Position numbers and translations under genes: made by a program. From contig CAVOVB010000010.1 in assembly GCA_963699755.1 (NCBI GenBank), positions 96,001-160,000 on the forward strand: DNA of 64,000 nucleotides, read 5' to 3'. Of the stretch, positions 46,001 to 54,694 are shown piece after piece. Below the pieces are notes generated by a model that saw only the letters and a program-made list of their open reading frames with translations, was not told the DNA's origin and searched no databases. The stretch comes from an uncultured delta proteobacterium (GTDB taxonomy: Bacteria > Myxococcota_A > Polyangia > Polyangiales > Houyiibacteriaceae). The stretch's first letter is position 1. The number at the start of each line of letters is the position of its first letter.

Positions 46001-46153
46001 GAGGTGCAGCGGCCCCTCGCGACAGTGGTGGTCGGAGGCCTGGTCACCAGCACAGTGCTCACCCTGGTCATCCTGCCGGCCATCGCGCCCATCCTTCTCG
46101 GAAGGCGAGCCCGCGCCGCGGAGCGTCGGACGGACGCGCCCAACAGCCCATGA
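43052..46153 (+). CDS. czcA: Heavy-metal efflux RND permease (CzcA/CusA family)
   Basis: DALPDVT, SISRYGLS, GNLMSLGALDFGLLVDGAVVMVE, FTQPIQMRFNEL, GAEVQRPLATVVVGGL. Confidence 0.92.
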   Translation: MIEALVRWSVRNGGIVAVAAAIFTIGGVFAGSRLRFDALPDVTGKQVIVLTQAEGLTPEEVELLVTRPIEMALGGLPGSKTQRSISRYGLSSVTVVFDEEVDLLRARQLVQERLFTVQTNMPPGVQPPELGPLTGGLGEVYQFTLSSPARSPSELLELVRFRVAPILRAVPGVVEVNSWGGQRRTMDVVGDPTRMARHRVTLAQLTQATRQGTGYAAGATLEAGESGVLLRGVAWPRRPAELAGAVVGTGEGDAPIRIGDVAEVRESAAVRIGAATADGLGETVYVMVQMLLEANALEVVDGVKSKMQQVRTVLPDDVTIQVVYDRSELVDATLRTVFANLLEGGLLVVAILFVLLGSFRAGALVASVIPLSMLGAVTGMVLLDLPGNLMSLGALDFGLLVDGAVVMVEAVFHSAHDRGGSIEDQVEDTTTRMARPVFFGVLIIILVYVPILSLTGIEGKMYRPMAITVLLALLSALFLSLTYVPALSRLILRDRDVPAQSPFLVRWVSRKYMPIVDWSIGHPLPILTSAGVLLAVGVALALAAGSAFVPQLDEGDLVVQTVRDADIGIETAVSQSTKMEAAILEAVPEARHIASRIGSPEVATDIMGREQADVFIDLAPRSEWREDVTRDEIISEIDRAIARSAPAQVAFTQPIQMRFNELVGGSVTDVSLSIYGENLSELQRFANDVVAALSTVKGAKDVRVLAPPSVGLLEVVPRPLQASRFGFRSAEVLEHVRAARAGIVTGTTYDGPVQIPVRVRLGVDPDALSFERYLLPTQEGSLIALSQVAEVSHERGPALVNHEMAQRRVIVGMNVRGRDLGSVVDDAQRLIEGPDLKAPEGALLAWGGQYEGLTRAKKHLGLIVPAVLLLMLALLLALFRSLPPALMILLNVPFAAVGGIVALSARGLPISVSAVVGFIALSGIAVLNGVVLVTALMAEIEAGLVVVEAVRSAARSRLRPVLMTALVAALGFIPMTLATGVGAEVQRPLATVVVGGLVTSTVLTLVILPAIAPILLGRRARAAERRTDAPNSP

Positions 46154-46269
46154 AGAGAAACCCCGGCAGCTGGGCGTTGCCCTAGGAGCGATCCGGCCAT
46201 CAAGAACGCGCCCGCCATGGCCGCTGCTGCGAGTGACGATCGCCCGCAGGGCGAGTAGAGTTCAGAGCC

Positions 46270-47073
46270 GTGGCCGAACAGCCTTTCCTCTTTGCGCGAG
46301 ATCTCTCGCTCCGATACCCAAACGGAACCCTCGCCCTCGAGGGGATTAACCTCGCCGTCGCACGGCCGGAGATCGTTGGGATCGTGGGCCCCAGCGGCTG
46401 CGGAAAATCGACGCTGCTTCGAGCGGTCGCCGGGCTCCTGCCCATCAGCGGCGGCGTGCTGACCGTCGCTGGCCTCGAGCCGGAACGCGCGCGCCAACAG
46501 AATTGCTCCGAGTCCTTCGTTTTCCAGGATCCCACGCTCCTGCCCTGGCGAAGCGTCGAGGCGAACGTTCGCCTCCCGCTCGAGCTGCGAGGCGAGCCTC
46601 GCGAGGGCTGGAAGACGCGCATCGGCCAAGCGCTCGAGATGGTGGGCCTGGCATCGGTGGCAAGGCAGCACCCTGCTCAGCTCTCTGGCGGAATGCAGAT
46701 GCGGGTCTCGCTGGCACGCGCCTTGGTGATCGAGCCCGAGCTGCTCCTCCTCGATGAGCCCTTCGGCGCCCTAGACGAGATGACACGCGAGCGGCTCGAT
46801 GAAGAGCTCCTCGCGCTTTGGCACAAGCAGCGCTGGACGGTGCTCGCGGTGACCCACAGCGTGCATGAAGCCGTCTTCCTCTCCACCCGGACCCTCGTTC
46901 TCAGTGCCGGGCCTGGACAGGTGATCGCCGAGGTGCCGATCGATTTGCCGTATCCACGCACCGCAGAGATGCGCACGAGCCCGGAGCTGTTTGAGCTGGT
47001 GCGCCGCGTGAGCGAGGAGCTGCGTCGACAGAAGAGCGCCGAACCCGCGGTTGTACACGAGGCGCCCGAGTGA
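46270..47073 (+). CDS. NitT/TauT family ABC transporter ATP-binding protein
   Basis: GPSGCGKST, LSGGM, LLLDEPFGALD, VTHSVHEA. Confidence 0.93.
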   Translation: MAEQPFLFARDLSLRYPNGTLALEGINLAVARPEIVGIVGPSGCGKSTLLRAVAGLLPISGGVLTVAGLEPERARQQNCSESFVFQDPTLLPWRSVEANVRLPLELRGEPREGWKTRIGQALEMVGLASVARQHPAQLSGGMQMRVSLARALVIEPELLLLDEPFGALDEMTRERLDEELLALWHKQRWTVLAVTHSVHEAVFLSTRTLVLSAGPGQVIAEVPIDLPYPRTAEMRTSPELFELVRRVSEELRRQKSAEPAVVHEAPE

Positions 47074-47849
47074 AGGGCGTACTGCGCGCCGCCACGCCCC
47101 CGCTGGTCGTGTTGCTCGTCTTTCTCGCTGCCTGGGAAGGACTAGTCCTCGCGCTCGACGTTGCTCCCTATCTGCTCCCGGCGCCGAGTGCGATCGGCCA
47201 AGCGCTCTTCGAGCACTCCGGGGAGCTCGCAAAGGGCACGGCGCTCACAGGGCTCGCGTCGATCCTGGGCTTCGCCTCGAGCCTCCTGCTGGGCGCCCTG
47301 ATCGCCTTTGCGTTCTCCCAATCACGCCTGGTGCAGCGCAGCTTCTATCCTTACGCGATCTTCCTCCAGACGGTCCCAATCCTCGCCATCGCTCCGCTCA
47401 TCGTGATCTGGGTGGGTACCGGACTCTTGAGCGTCGTGCTGGTCGCGGTGATCATCAGCCTCTTCCCGATCATCACCAGCGGGACGACCGGTCTGACACG
47501 CGTCGACCCGGGTCAGCTGGAGCTCTTCGCAATCCATAATGCGAGCCGCTGGCAGGAGCTCGTCGCGTTGCGCTTGCCGGGATCGATCCCCTACTTCCTC
47601 GCCGGAGCCAAGGTCGCGAGCGGCCTGGCGGTGATCGGCGCGGTCGTCGGAGAATTCTTTGCGGGCTCTGATGAGTACCGGGGGCTGGGCACGATCATCA
47701 TCGTGACCTCGGGGCGCCTCGAGACGGCGTACCTCTTTGCGGCCGTGGTCGCTTCGACCTTGCTAGGGCTCGCGCTCTTCGGCGCCGTATCACTCACAGG
47801 AGACGCGATTCTCAAGCGGTGGCGGGGGCGCGAGACCGAGACCGAGTAA
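47070..47849 (+). CDS. NitT/TauT family ABC transporter permease
   Basis: LLPAPS, QTVPILAIAP, LRLPGSIPY, IGAVVGEF. Confidence 0.93.
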   Translation: MKGVLRAATPPLVVLLVFLAAWEGLVLALDVAPYLLPAPSAIGQALFEHSGELAKGTALTGLASILGFASSLLLGALIAFAFSQSRLVQRSFYPYAIFLQTVPILAIAPLIVIWVGTGLLSVVLVAVIISLFPIITSGTTGLTRVDPGQLELFAIHNASRWQELVALRLPGSIPYFLAGAKVASGLAVIGAVVGEFFAGSDEYRGLGTIIIVTSGRLETAYLFAAVVASTLLGLALFGAVSLTGDAILKRWRGRETETE

Positions 47850-47893
47850 GCAGCGCTTGCCGTCTGCGCTCCACAACGCTATGCGCGCTCGAG

Positions 47894-48868
47894 ATGTCGC
47901 TGCGCCTCTCGCTTCTCTGCGCGCTCGCCCTTTTTCTCGCGTCCTGCCAATGCGGCAGCGGCACGCGGAAGACGACCGAGGACGGCCGAACGCGGGTCAC
48001 GCTGCTCCTCAACTGGTTCGCCGAGGCGGAGCACGGAGGCTTCTATGCAGCCGACGTCTCGGGTCTTTACTCCGAGGGTGGGCTCGAGGTCGACATCCAG
48101 GCGGGACGACCCGATGCACCGGTGATCGCGCAGGTGGGCACCGGGCGCGCCGAGTTCGGCTGCGCCAACGCGGCGGAGGTCCTGCTCGGTCGTGCCCAGG
48201 GCGTTCCGATCGTCGCCCTGGCCGCGCCGCTACAGACCGATCCGCGCTGTGTACTGGTGCGCGCCAGCTCTCCCTTTCGGCGCCTCGAGGACCTTCGGGA
48301 CGTCACCTTCGCGATGAACCAACGCGAGCCCTTCGCGGAGTTCCTGCGTGCACGTGTGCCTTTGCAGGGCGTGCGCGTGGTGCCTTACTCCGGTAACATC
48401 GCTCAGTTCCTCGAAAGCGAGTCCTTCGTCCAGCAGGCATACGTGTTTAGCGAGCCGCAGCTCGCCGAAGAGGCCGGGGTTCAGACGCGCTGCCTGATGG
48501 TCGCAGACCTCGGCTTCAATCCGTACGCGCAGGTGCTCATCACCAACGAGCGCATGATCCGCGAACAGCCCGAGATCGTTCGCGCGATGACGCGCGCAGT
48601 GGTCGCGGGGTGGGCCCGCTATCTCGATGACCCCGGTCCCACCAACCTGCGGATCGGCGCGCTGAACCCGGAGATGAACGAGGCCACCCTCGCCTACGGC
48701 GCTCGCGCTATTGCGCCGCTGGTCCGGGTCGCCGGGACGCCGATAGGTTCGATGAGCCCCGAGCGCTGGGCGACGCTGCGCTCGCAGATGATCGAGGTGG
48801 GGCTCATCGGCCATGGCCAGCTTACGGCAGGGACGTCTTTCGACGCGTCGTTTCTCTCGTCAGAGTAG
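47894..48868 (+). CDS. NMT1/THI5-like ABC substrate-binding lipoprotein
   Basis: Lipobox LASC, LNWFAEAEHGGFYAA, FSEP, GFNPY. Confidence 0.88.
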   Translation: MSLRLSLLCALALFLASCQCGSGTRKTTEDGRTRVTLLLNWFAEAEHGGFYAADVSGLYSEGGLEVDIQAGRPDAPVIAQVGTGRAEFGCANAAEVLLGRAQGVPIVALAAPLQTDPRCVLVRASSPFRRLEDLRDVTFAMNQREPFAEFLRARVPLQGVRVVPYSGNIAQFLESESFVQQAYVFSEPQLAEEAGVQTRCLMVADLGFNPYAQVLITNERMIREQPEIVRAMTRAVVAGWARYLDDPGPTNLRIGALNPEMNEATLAYGARAIAPLVRVAGTPIGSMSPERWATLRSQMIEVGLIGHGQLTAGTSFDASFLSSE

Positions 48869-48935
48869 TCGAGTAACCTTCGAGGCCGTCCCCATCAGTC
48901 CTAGTCCGGTGTCTACGGAAGCGGGGGTAAGTCCA

Positions 48936-50342
48936 TCATTCGCGGGACGCTTCGCGCGCGGTGGCGATGGTCAACAACTCGTCGAACCTGGTGCGGACAC
49001 CCGCGGTGATTCTTTCCGGGTCGGGCACGAGGCCGGCGTCGGTGATCACGCCGACGCTCACCTTGCCGTCATAGCTGAAGACGCTGACCCCAAGGCCCAG
49101 GTGTCCCGCTTGTGGGACCCAGCCCATGATGTTCTCGATCTTGCTGCCGGCGATGTAGAGCGCCTGACCGGGTCCGCGTACGTTGGTCACCACCGCGGTG
49201 GCGCGGGAGCCGAAGATATTGAGCCCCTGCTCCTCGACCTGTCGGGGCGTCACGCCAAAGATGTTGAGCAGGCTGTAGAACGTGACCGCCTCGATCGACT
49301 GCTTGATGGCGTCCATGCGCTTCTTGGTCTCTCGAAGCCGTTCAACCGGGTCGGCGATGCTCAGCGGAAGAGCCAAGAAGACGAGGCCAAAGGCGTTGCC
49401 GAGCTCGATGCCTCGTTGAGGCTCGCGGAGGTCCACCGGAATCACCGCCCGAATCTCGAGATCGCCGACGTCCACCTCGCGCTCGATCAAGTAGTCGCGA
49501 AGTGCGCCGGTGACCGCGCTCAGCATGACGTCGTTGACCTTTGTACCCATTCCTCTGGTGACGGTCTTGACGTCCACCAGAGGAATGTTGTTCGACCAGG
49601 CCACGCGTTTTTGCACACCGAGAGGACCTTTGAACAGCGTCTCCGGATCCGGCGTCATCAGCAGCACGCGCCCCACGATGCTCGCCGCTTCGGCCGCGGC
49701 GCCCGCGCCCTCCACGATACGTGAGGGGTGGCGCAAGCTTTCGCTGCCCTCGTGCGCCAAGTAGCGCACGGCCTTTCCGATCGTACGCACGGACTCGAAC
49801 GCGCTCGAAACGAAATCGCGGCGTTTCGGCGCTTCCGGTGCAGACTCTTTCAGCTCACCGATCGGCGCATCACGCGCCATGTCCATGAGGCGAAAGAGCA
49901 CCGCGTTCATCGCCGTGCCATCGCCGATGCAATGATGGAGACGCAAGACCATGGCCGCGCCGCCCGCGACGTTCTCCACCAGATGAATGTTCCAGAGCGG
50001 CTTGGAAAAATCGAGCGGCGTGCTGGCCAGATCGCTGATGAGTCGCTGCAGCTCCGTCATGTCGCCCGGCGCCGGCAGTGCCACGCGATGGATGTGCGCA
50101 TCCAAATCGAAGTTGGGATCGACCTCCCAGTGGGGCGTACCCAACGGCAGCGCCGGCTCCACCACCCGCATGGTGAACCGATCCAGGGTGAGCAAGCGGA
50201 CTTCCAAAGTCTTGCGGAAGCGTTCGAAGTCGAGCGGCTTATCGAGCAGCGAAACGCCCGTGATCATCATCAGATTCGTCGGCTCTTCCATGTGCAGCCA
50301 GGCCGAATCGACCGGAGACATCTGTTTGGTTTGGGTGGTCAT
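48936..50342 (-). CDS. Wax ester synthase/diacylglycerol acyltransferase (WS/DGAT)
   Basis: MSPVDSAWLHME, PLDFSKPLW, HHCIGDG, VNDV, TNVRGP; GAAGGAAGG RBS before MTTQ. Confidence 0.93.
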   Translation of the reverse strand: MTTQTKQMSPVDSAWLHMEEPTNLMMITGVSLLDKPLDFERFRKTLEVRLLTLDRFTMRVVEPALPLGTPHWEVDPNFDLDAHIHRVALPAPGDMTELQRLISDLASTPLDFSKPLWNIHLVENVAGGAAMVLRLHHCIGDGTAMNAVLFRLMDMARDAPIGELKESAPEAPKRRDFVSSAFESVRTIGKAVRYLAHEGSESLRHPSRIVEGAGAAAEAASIVGRVLLMTPDPETLFKGPLGVQKRVAWSNNIPLVDVKTVTRGMGTKVNDVMLSAVTGALRDYLIEREVDVGDLEIRAVIPVDLREPQRGIELGNAFGLVFLALPLSIADPVERLRETKKRMDAIKQSIEAVTFYSLLNIFGVTPRQVEEQGLNIFGSRATAVVTNVRGPGQALYIAGSKIENIMGWVPQAGHLGLGVSVFSYDGKVSVGVITDAGLVPDPERITAGVRTRFDELLTIATAREASRE

Positions 50343-50517
50343 GGGTGCACCTTCCTTCACGCTGCCGGTGGCCGTCAACCTCCGTTGGACCCCGCTTGGC
50401 CCGGGTCGCGGGACGCGCGCAGGTTCGTTCGGAGCCTGGCGAAGGTCCCCAGCGCATTCTGGCAAGATCGCGACGATCATCGCAGCATCGCCCGACAAGA
50501 GAGCAAGCCAAGAGGCG

Positions 50518-51383
50518 CTACTCGTGCTCGAAGTCGAGGGTCGCCGGGCTAGGGTCGCCATGCGCGTACCACGCGCTCTGGCCAGACCAGCGAAGCGTGT
50601 AGGGGCCTGTCGCCGGGTCGTCCACCAGGAAGCGCACGTAGAGGCCTTGCGTGTCGATGCCGGCGGCCGATCCCTGGAGCGAGGGCAGGGAGGCGCCGTC
50701 GACTCCCACGTTCGAGCCGCCCGGCAGCGCGAGCGAGAAGTCCTGCGGGAAGAGCGACCAGTTCCCCGAGCGGCGGCTTGTGGCGTCGAAATAGAGCGTC
50801 AGTGCCAGCTTTCCGTCCTGCACTTCACGGTGGTTGACGGGATCATCGTAGCGCAGGGTGGCGCGGGTGAACGTCATGTCGAGCATCGTCAGGTTGACCG
50901 CGCCGCTGAGCGGGGGCTCGCTTGGCGCGAGCGCGATCAGCTCGCCGGAGACGTCGAGACCTCCCGGCACGTCCGGAATGCCGCCGGACCGCGGGTTGGT
51001 CGTACCGCCGGGCGTGACTGGGACCAGATCCGAATTGAGGCGCCAGTCGTCGTCGCCCTCATTGCTGAAGGTTGCCTCGAGGGTGAGGGTGATGTCCTGC
51101 TGGCCAAAGATGTCGGGCTCAGTTCCGGCGTAGACGGCGTCGCCAATCTCCACCTTGAAGCCCTGACGCCAGAACGTCTGATTGACGGGCTAGGTCTCTT
51201 CGAAGGCGCCCATACCAGCGGTACCGCCGCTGCCACCGGTACCGGGCACACCACCGGAGCCACCGGTGCCTGACATCCCACCATCCCCACCCGTGCCAGA
51301 GGCGCCGCCCTCGCTGCCAGACCCGAGACAGGCGAACAAGATCGCACCCGAATCGACGGGAAACCGGAGCCCGTCTTGCGCAT
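50518..51383 (-). pseudogene. Secreted protein with Gly-rich linker, disrupted
   Basis: GGAGG RBS and ATG at 51383, frameshift into GTGGDGG..GTGGSGG linker, in-frame TAG at 51192-51190, then the same frame continues about 220 aa of beta-rich sequence. Confidence 0.65.
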
Positions 51384-51592
51384 GGTGACCTCCGATGTTT
51401 GAGGCCAGCGATCCCACGCCCGTCTCGAAGCAAACACCATCGAAATTGCCTTAGTAAATCGGCCCGGAAATTCCGGAGGCCCTGGGGTGCCCGATGGGCC
51501 GAAAGGCCAGGCGAAGAGCCATCGGCGACAGATCGCGGACAGGTCCCATCGATGCCCTGCCTGGGGAAAGATGTGGTCTACGCGGACGGCGA

Positions 51593-51620
51593 TTGACACC
51601 ATTCAAGCCATGCTTACTGT
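51593..51620 (+). promoter_or_regulatory. Sigma70-like promoter TTGACA-N16-TACTGT
   Basis: Consensus -35 and near-consensus -10, 47 bp upstream of the ATG at 51668. Confidence 0.5.
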
Positions 51621-51667
51621 GCCGTCGCTTCGGAACGTTTTTGCGTAGGAGCAGAAAACGAGATCGT

Positions 51668-52126
51668 ATGAAAAGAATTGTAGTGACACTTCTGTTGAGC
51701 TTGGTCGGTGCTCTCTTCGTTGCCAACTCGACGCCGGTCTCGGCGGACGAAGTGAAGACAAAGGCAGCCGAATCCGCCAAGAGCGAGGGTGCCAAGGCCG
51801 GCGAATCCGCCAAGAGCGAGGGTGCCAAAGCCAGCGAATCCGCCAAGAGCAAGGGTGCCAAAGCCGAAGCGGAGAAGGCGAAAACGCAGAAGCAGCACCA
51901 AGAAAAGAAGGTGAAGGCACAGGCCGCGGGGGATAAGAAGAAGGCGGCTGGCAAGGCTAAGACTGAAACCAATAAGCTACGTGCCGAGGCCGAGACCGAG
52001 GCGAAAAAGGTCGCTCCCGAAGCCAAGAAGGAAGGCGCTAAGGTCGAGAAAGACGTCGGAGCTAAGGCGCCGGCGCCTCGGAAAGGTGATGCCGCGAAGG
52101 TTCCAGTCTCCACGACGAAGGATTAA
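51668..52126 (+). CDS. Exported Lys/Ala/Glu-rich low-complexity protein
   Basis: Signal peptide MKRIVVTLLLSLVGALFVANSTPVSA, ESAKSEGAKA repeats. Confidence 0.8.
   Translation: MKRIVVTLLLSLVGALFVANSTPVSADEVKTKAAESAKSEGAKAGESAKSEGAKASESAKSKGAKAEAEKAKTQKQHQEKKVKAQAAGDKKKAAGKAKTETNKLRAEAETEAKKVAPEAKKEGAKVEKDVGAKAPAPRKGDAAKVPVSTTKD
51770..51865 (+). repeat. About three tandem 33-bp coding repeats
   Basis: GAATCCGCCAAGAGCGAGGGTGCCAA(G/A)GCC at 51770, 51803 and 51836 (third copy has one substitution). Confidence 0.9.
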
Positions 52127-52223
52127 GAACCGGTGTTCTTGTTTCCTGGGTGGCTGACGGGCTACATGCCGAGCGTGAATCGCCGATGAACTTCCCGCGT
52201 CCGGGGCAGTACAATGCCGGACT

Positions 52224-52550
52224 GTGAAACCCATCATCCGAGTGATTCTCAGCGCCGCCTTGGTTTGGATCTTCTCCGCGTCGGCGGTCTTGCTGAAACC
52301 TCCGGAAGCGGAGGCGGGAAGCTGCTACCGCGTCTGAGCGGGAGCGCGGAGCAACGGCTCGTACTTCCGGCACATCGTATATGTCGAAAACGATTGCGAG
52401 TATTGGCTGCAATGCTCGCTGTGGACCGATGCCGATCCCGGAGCGACCAAGATGGTCACGGTCGGGCCGGGAATGACTGAGCAAGTCGAAACCAGCGGCA
52501 GCTCGAAAAACGACGACTCCAAAGGCTTCGGCGCCTGCCGTCGCCAATAG
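52224..52550 (+). pseudogene. Small secreted four-Cys protein interrupted by an in-frame TGA
   Basis: Manual translation: MKPIIRVILSAALVWIFSASAVLLKPPEAEAGSCYRV*AGARSNGSYFRHIVYVENDCEYWLQCSLWTDADP...GFGACRRQ; TGA at 52335. Confidence 0.65.
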
Positions 52551-52697
52551 GGGCACGATCAAGTAGTCAAAGGAGCCCGGCGTCTGGTGCCGTCTTCTCG
52601 CTACGCGAGCTACGCTGCCGTCATGGCGCGTGTCCTCGTGTCGGTTGCAAGGGATTGGCGTCGCACCGCACTGACATGCACGTGGGGCATTGATACG

Positions 52698-52919
52698 ATG
52701 CGTAGACTCGGAATGAAGCTGGTCTTGGTGGGCGTTCTCCTGCACGGATGCAGTAATCAGAGCAAGACCAACACCAGCTATGACGCCTCTACCAACAATC
52801 CGTCTTCCATGGGATCCAGCCAAGGGGCGCCCGAACGGGAGGTTTCGCCCGAGCACCGAATGCCGGAGCCGCCAAAGATCAAAGCGGACGACATGGAGCG
52901 GACAGGGACAGGCGAATAG
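52698..52919 (+). CDS. Small putative lipoprotein
   Basis: MRRLGMKLVLVGVLLHGC lipobox-like, disordered tail. Confidence 0.5.
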   Translation: MRRLGMKLVLVGVLLHGCSNQSKTNTSYDASTNNPSSMGSSQGAPEREVSPEHRMPEPPKIKADDMERTGTGE

Positions 52920-52967
52920 GTCAGGGCTGCAAGCCCCGCCAGAACCGGCTACGATTGCGCCGCGCAG

Positions 52968-54088
52968 ATGGCACGCCATGCTCTGAAGCTCGCCGTCGTG
53001 TGCGGTCTTTGGCTTCCCACTTGGGTTGGGGCTCAAGATGCGCCCGAGCCATACGAAAGAACGCAGAGCCGATTCCTGGATGGGCTCGACTGGCAGGTGA
53101 TGGCGAGCGGCTTCTACCTGTTCAACGCGAACCGGGTTTCTGGCCCCTACAATGAGCTGAACTACCCGTACACTGGCTATATCGGATTTGGGCTGAACTT
53201 CGTCGGCGGCGACGTGACCTACACGGGAGAAAATTTTGCGGTCACCGTCGGGCTACGTTGGGGAAGCGGGGCTTCTCAGTTGAGCGCTTTGGCACCTCTC
53301 AAGCAGGGGTTCGTGAGTTGGATTGCATGCGAGAAGCTCACGCTCGACTTCGGCTGGTTCGACAGCATTTATGGTTTCGAGGTTGCCGACGAGTGGCAAA
53401 ACCCCACCTTCACGCGCGGAGCAGTCTACTTCCTACAACAGCCGTTCAATCACCTCGGCTTGCGTATGGCGACGCGCTTCAACGAGCGCGTCGCGCTCAA
53501 GACGCTGGTCGTGAACGACGGCGTCGCGGTAGGAAAGGTGGGCGGCTCCCCCATAGACATCGACGAGACCCCTGCCCTCGGCGTGCGGCTCGACTTGTCG
53601 CTGGTCGATACGGTCACCCTCGAGTTGGGGTACTTGGCGGGCGCAAGCGGCTTCAACGGAAACAGAGCTTGGGGACAATTTTCGACCTGATCCTCTCCGG
53701 CACCATCAAGCGATTCACGCTGACGCTCAACGCCAACGCAACGCTCGACCCACCCGTGAGCGGCGGCCAACACTCCTACGGCGTGGCGCTTTCCGGCGAC
53801 ATGATGGTGCACGATCACTGGAGGATTGGCGCGCGCGTCGAATACCTGGGCGGCACGGTCGAGCTTCCCGCCGGTAAAGACCCCGATTTGGTCACGGTCA
53901 CGGCCGTCGTGCGATACATTCCGGTACAGTACCTCGTGATCTCGCTCGAGCCGCGCTTCGAGCATTCACCTCAAGAGCTCTTCTTCACGCGCAGCTCACC
54001 AACAGATCCGACTACCGGGAGCCGCATCGCAAACGGCAACCTCTATTTCGGCGTAGTGCTCGGCGTGAGTGCCTACATCGGCAACTGA
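52968..54088 (+). pseudogene. Outer-membrane beta-barrel (porin-like) gene with a single frameshift
   Basis: Signal peptide, LDFGWFDSIYGFEVAD, QPFNHLGLR; frame changes at the T run near 53679-53682 and continues FDLILSG...RIGARVEY...VSAYIGN. Confidence 0.75.
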
Positions 54089-54136
54089 CCGGCCCATCCC
54101 ACCGTCCGGCCCGCCGATTGGGAGCAGGAGATCGCG

Positions 54137-54660
54137 TTGGTCTTGGACGAAAATGAAGGGCCCAAGCGCCGCACCGAACGACAGACCGCCATCGTCCGGC
54201 TTCTGGTTGTGCTCCTCAAGCTCTCGGGGTTCCGTCTCGATGAGCAGCGCCTGCCTGACGGGACAGCCAAGGCCGAAGTCCTGCGTGCGGTCGATCGCAG
54301 CAAAGACGCCCTTTCACTGAAGTCCATGCTGCGCCTGCTGCGGCTCTCGCCGGCCCGCTATCTCGCTTGGAAGCGAGCCGACGAACGCGGCGAGCTCGGC
54401 GGCGCGTCTACCCCGAAAAACCAAAGACCAGTATTCGGGCGACTCACGCAAATGAATACTGGCACATCGACGTGACGGTCATCCGACTTCTCGACGACAC
54501 CAAGGCGTACCTCCACGCCGTCATCGACAACTTCTCGCGTCGGATCTTGTCGTGCCGCCTTGCCGGGCGGCTTGATCCCAGTACCACGTGTGAGATCTTC
54601 AAGGAGGCCGGCAAGAATCTTGGCCTGACGCCGACCAGTCAACAATCCATGAGCGTTATC
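54137..54660 (+). mobile_element. Degenerate IS transposase (rve/DDE integrase core) fragment
   Basis: IRATHANEYWHIDVTVIRLLDDTKAYLHAVIDNFSRRIL, preceded by an HTH-like fragment in another frame; truncated, no terminal repeats recognised. Confidence 0.75.
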
Positions 54661-54694
54661 AACGCCATCGCAAATGCGCCGCCGCGACTCCAGA

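Noticed and set aside
46154..46269. TPP riboswitch ahead of the NMT1/THI5-like ABC operon
   Set aside because: No CTGAGA or matching conserved TPP core visible
51490..51515. Hammerhead ribozyme (GGCCGAAAGGCC stem II look-alike)
   Set aside because: The catalytic core CUGANGA and GAAA is not present; the sequence reads CCGATG and AGGCG instead
51770..51865. CRISPR-like 33-bp repeats
   Set aside because: No spacers, in-frame coding repeats, and no cas genes in the window
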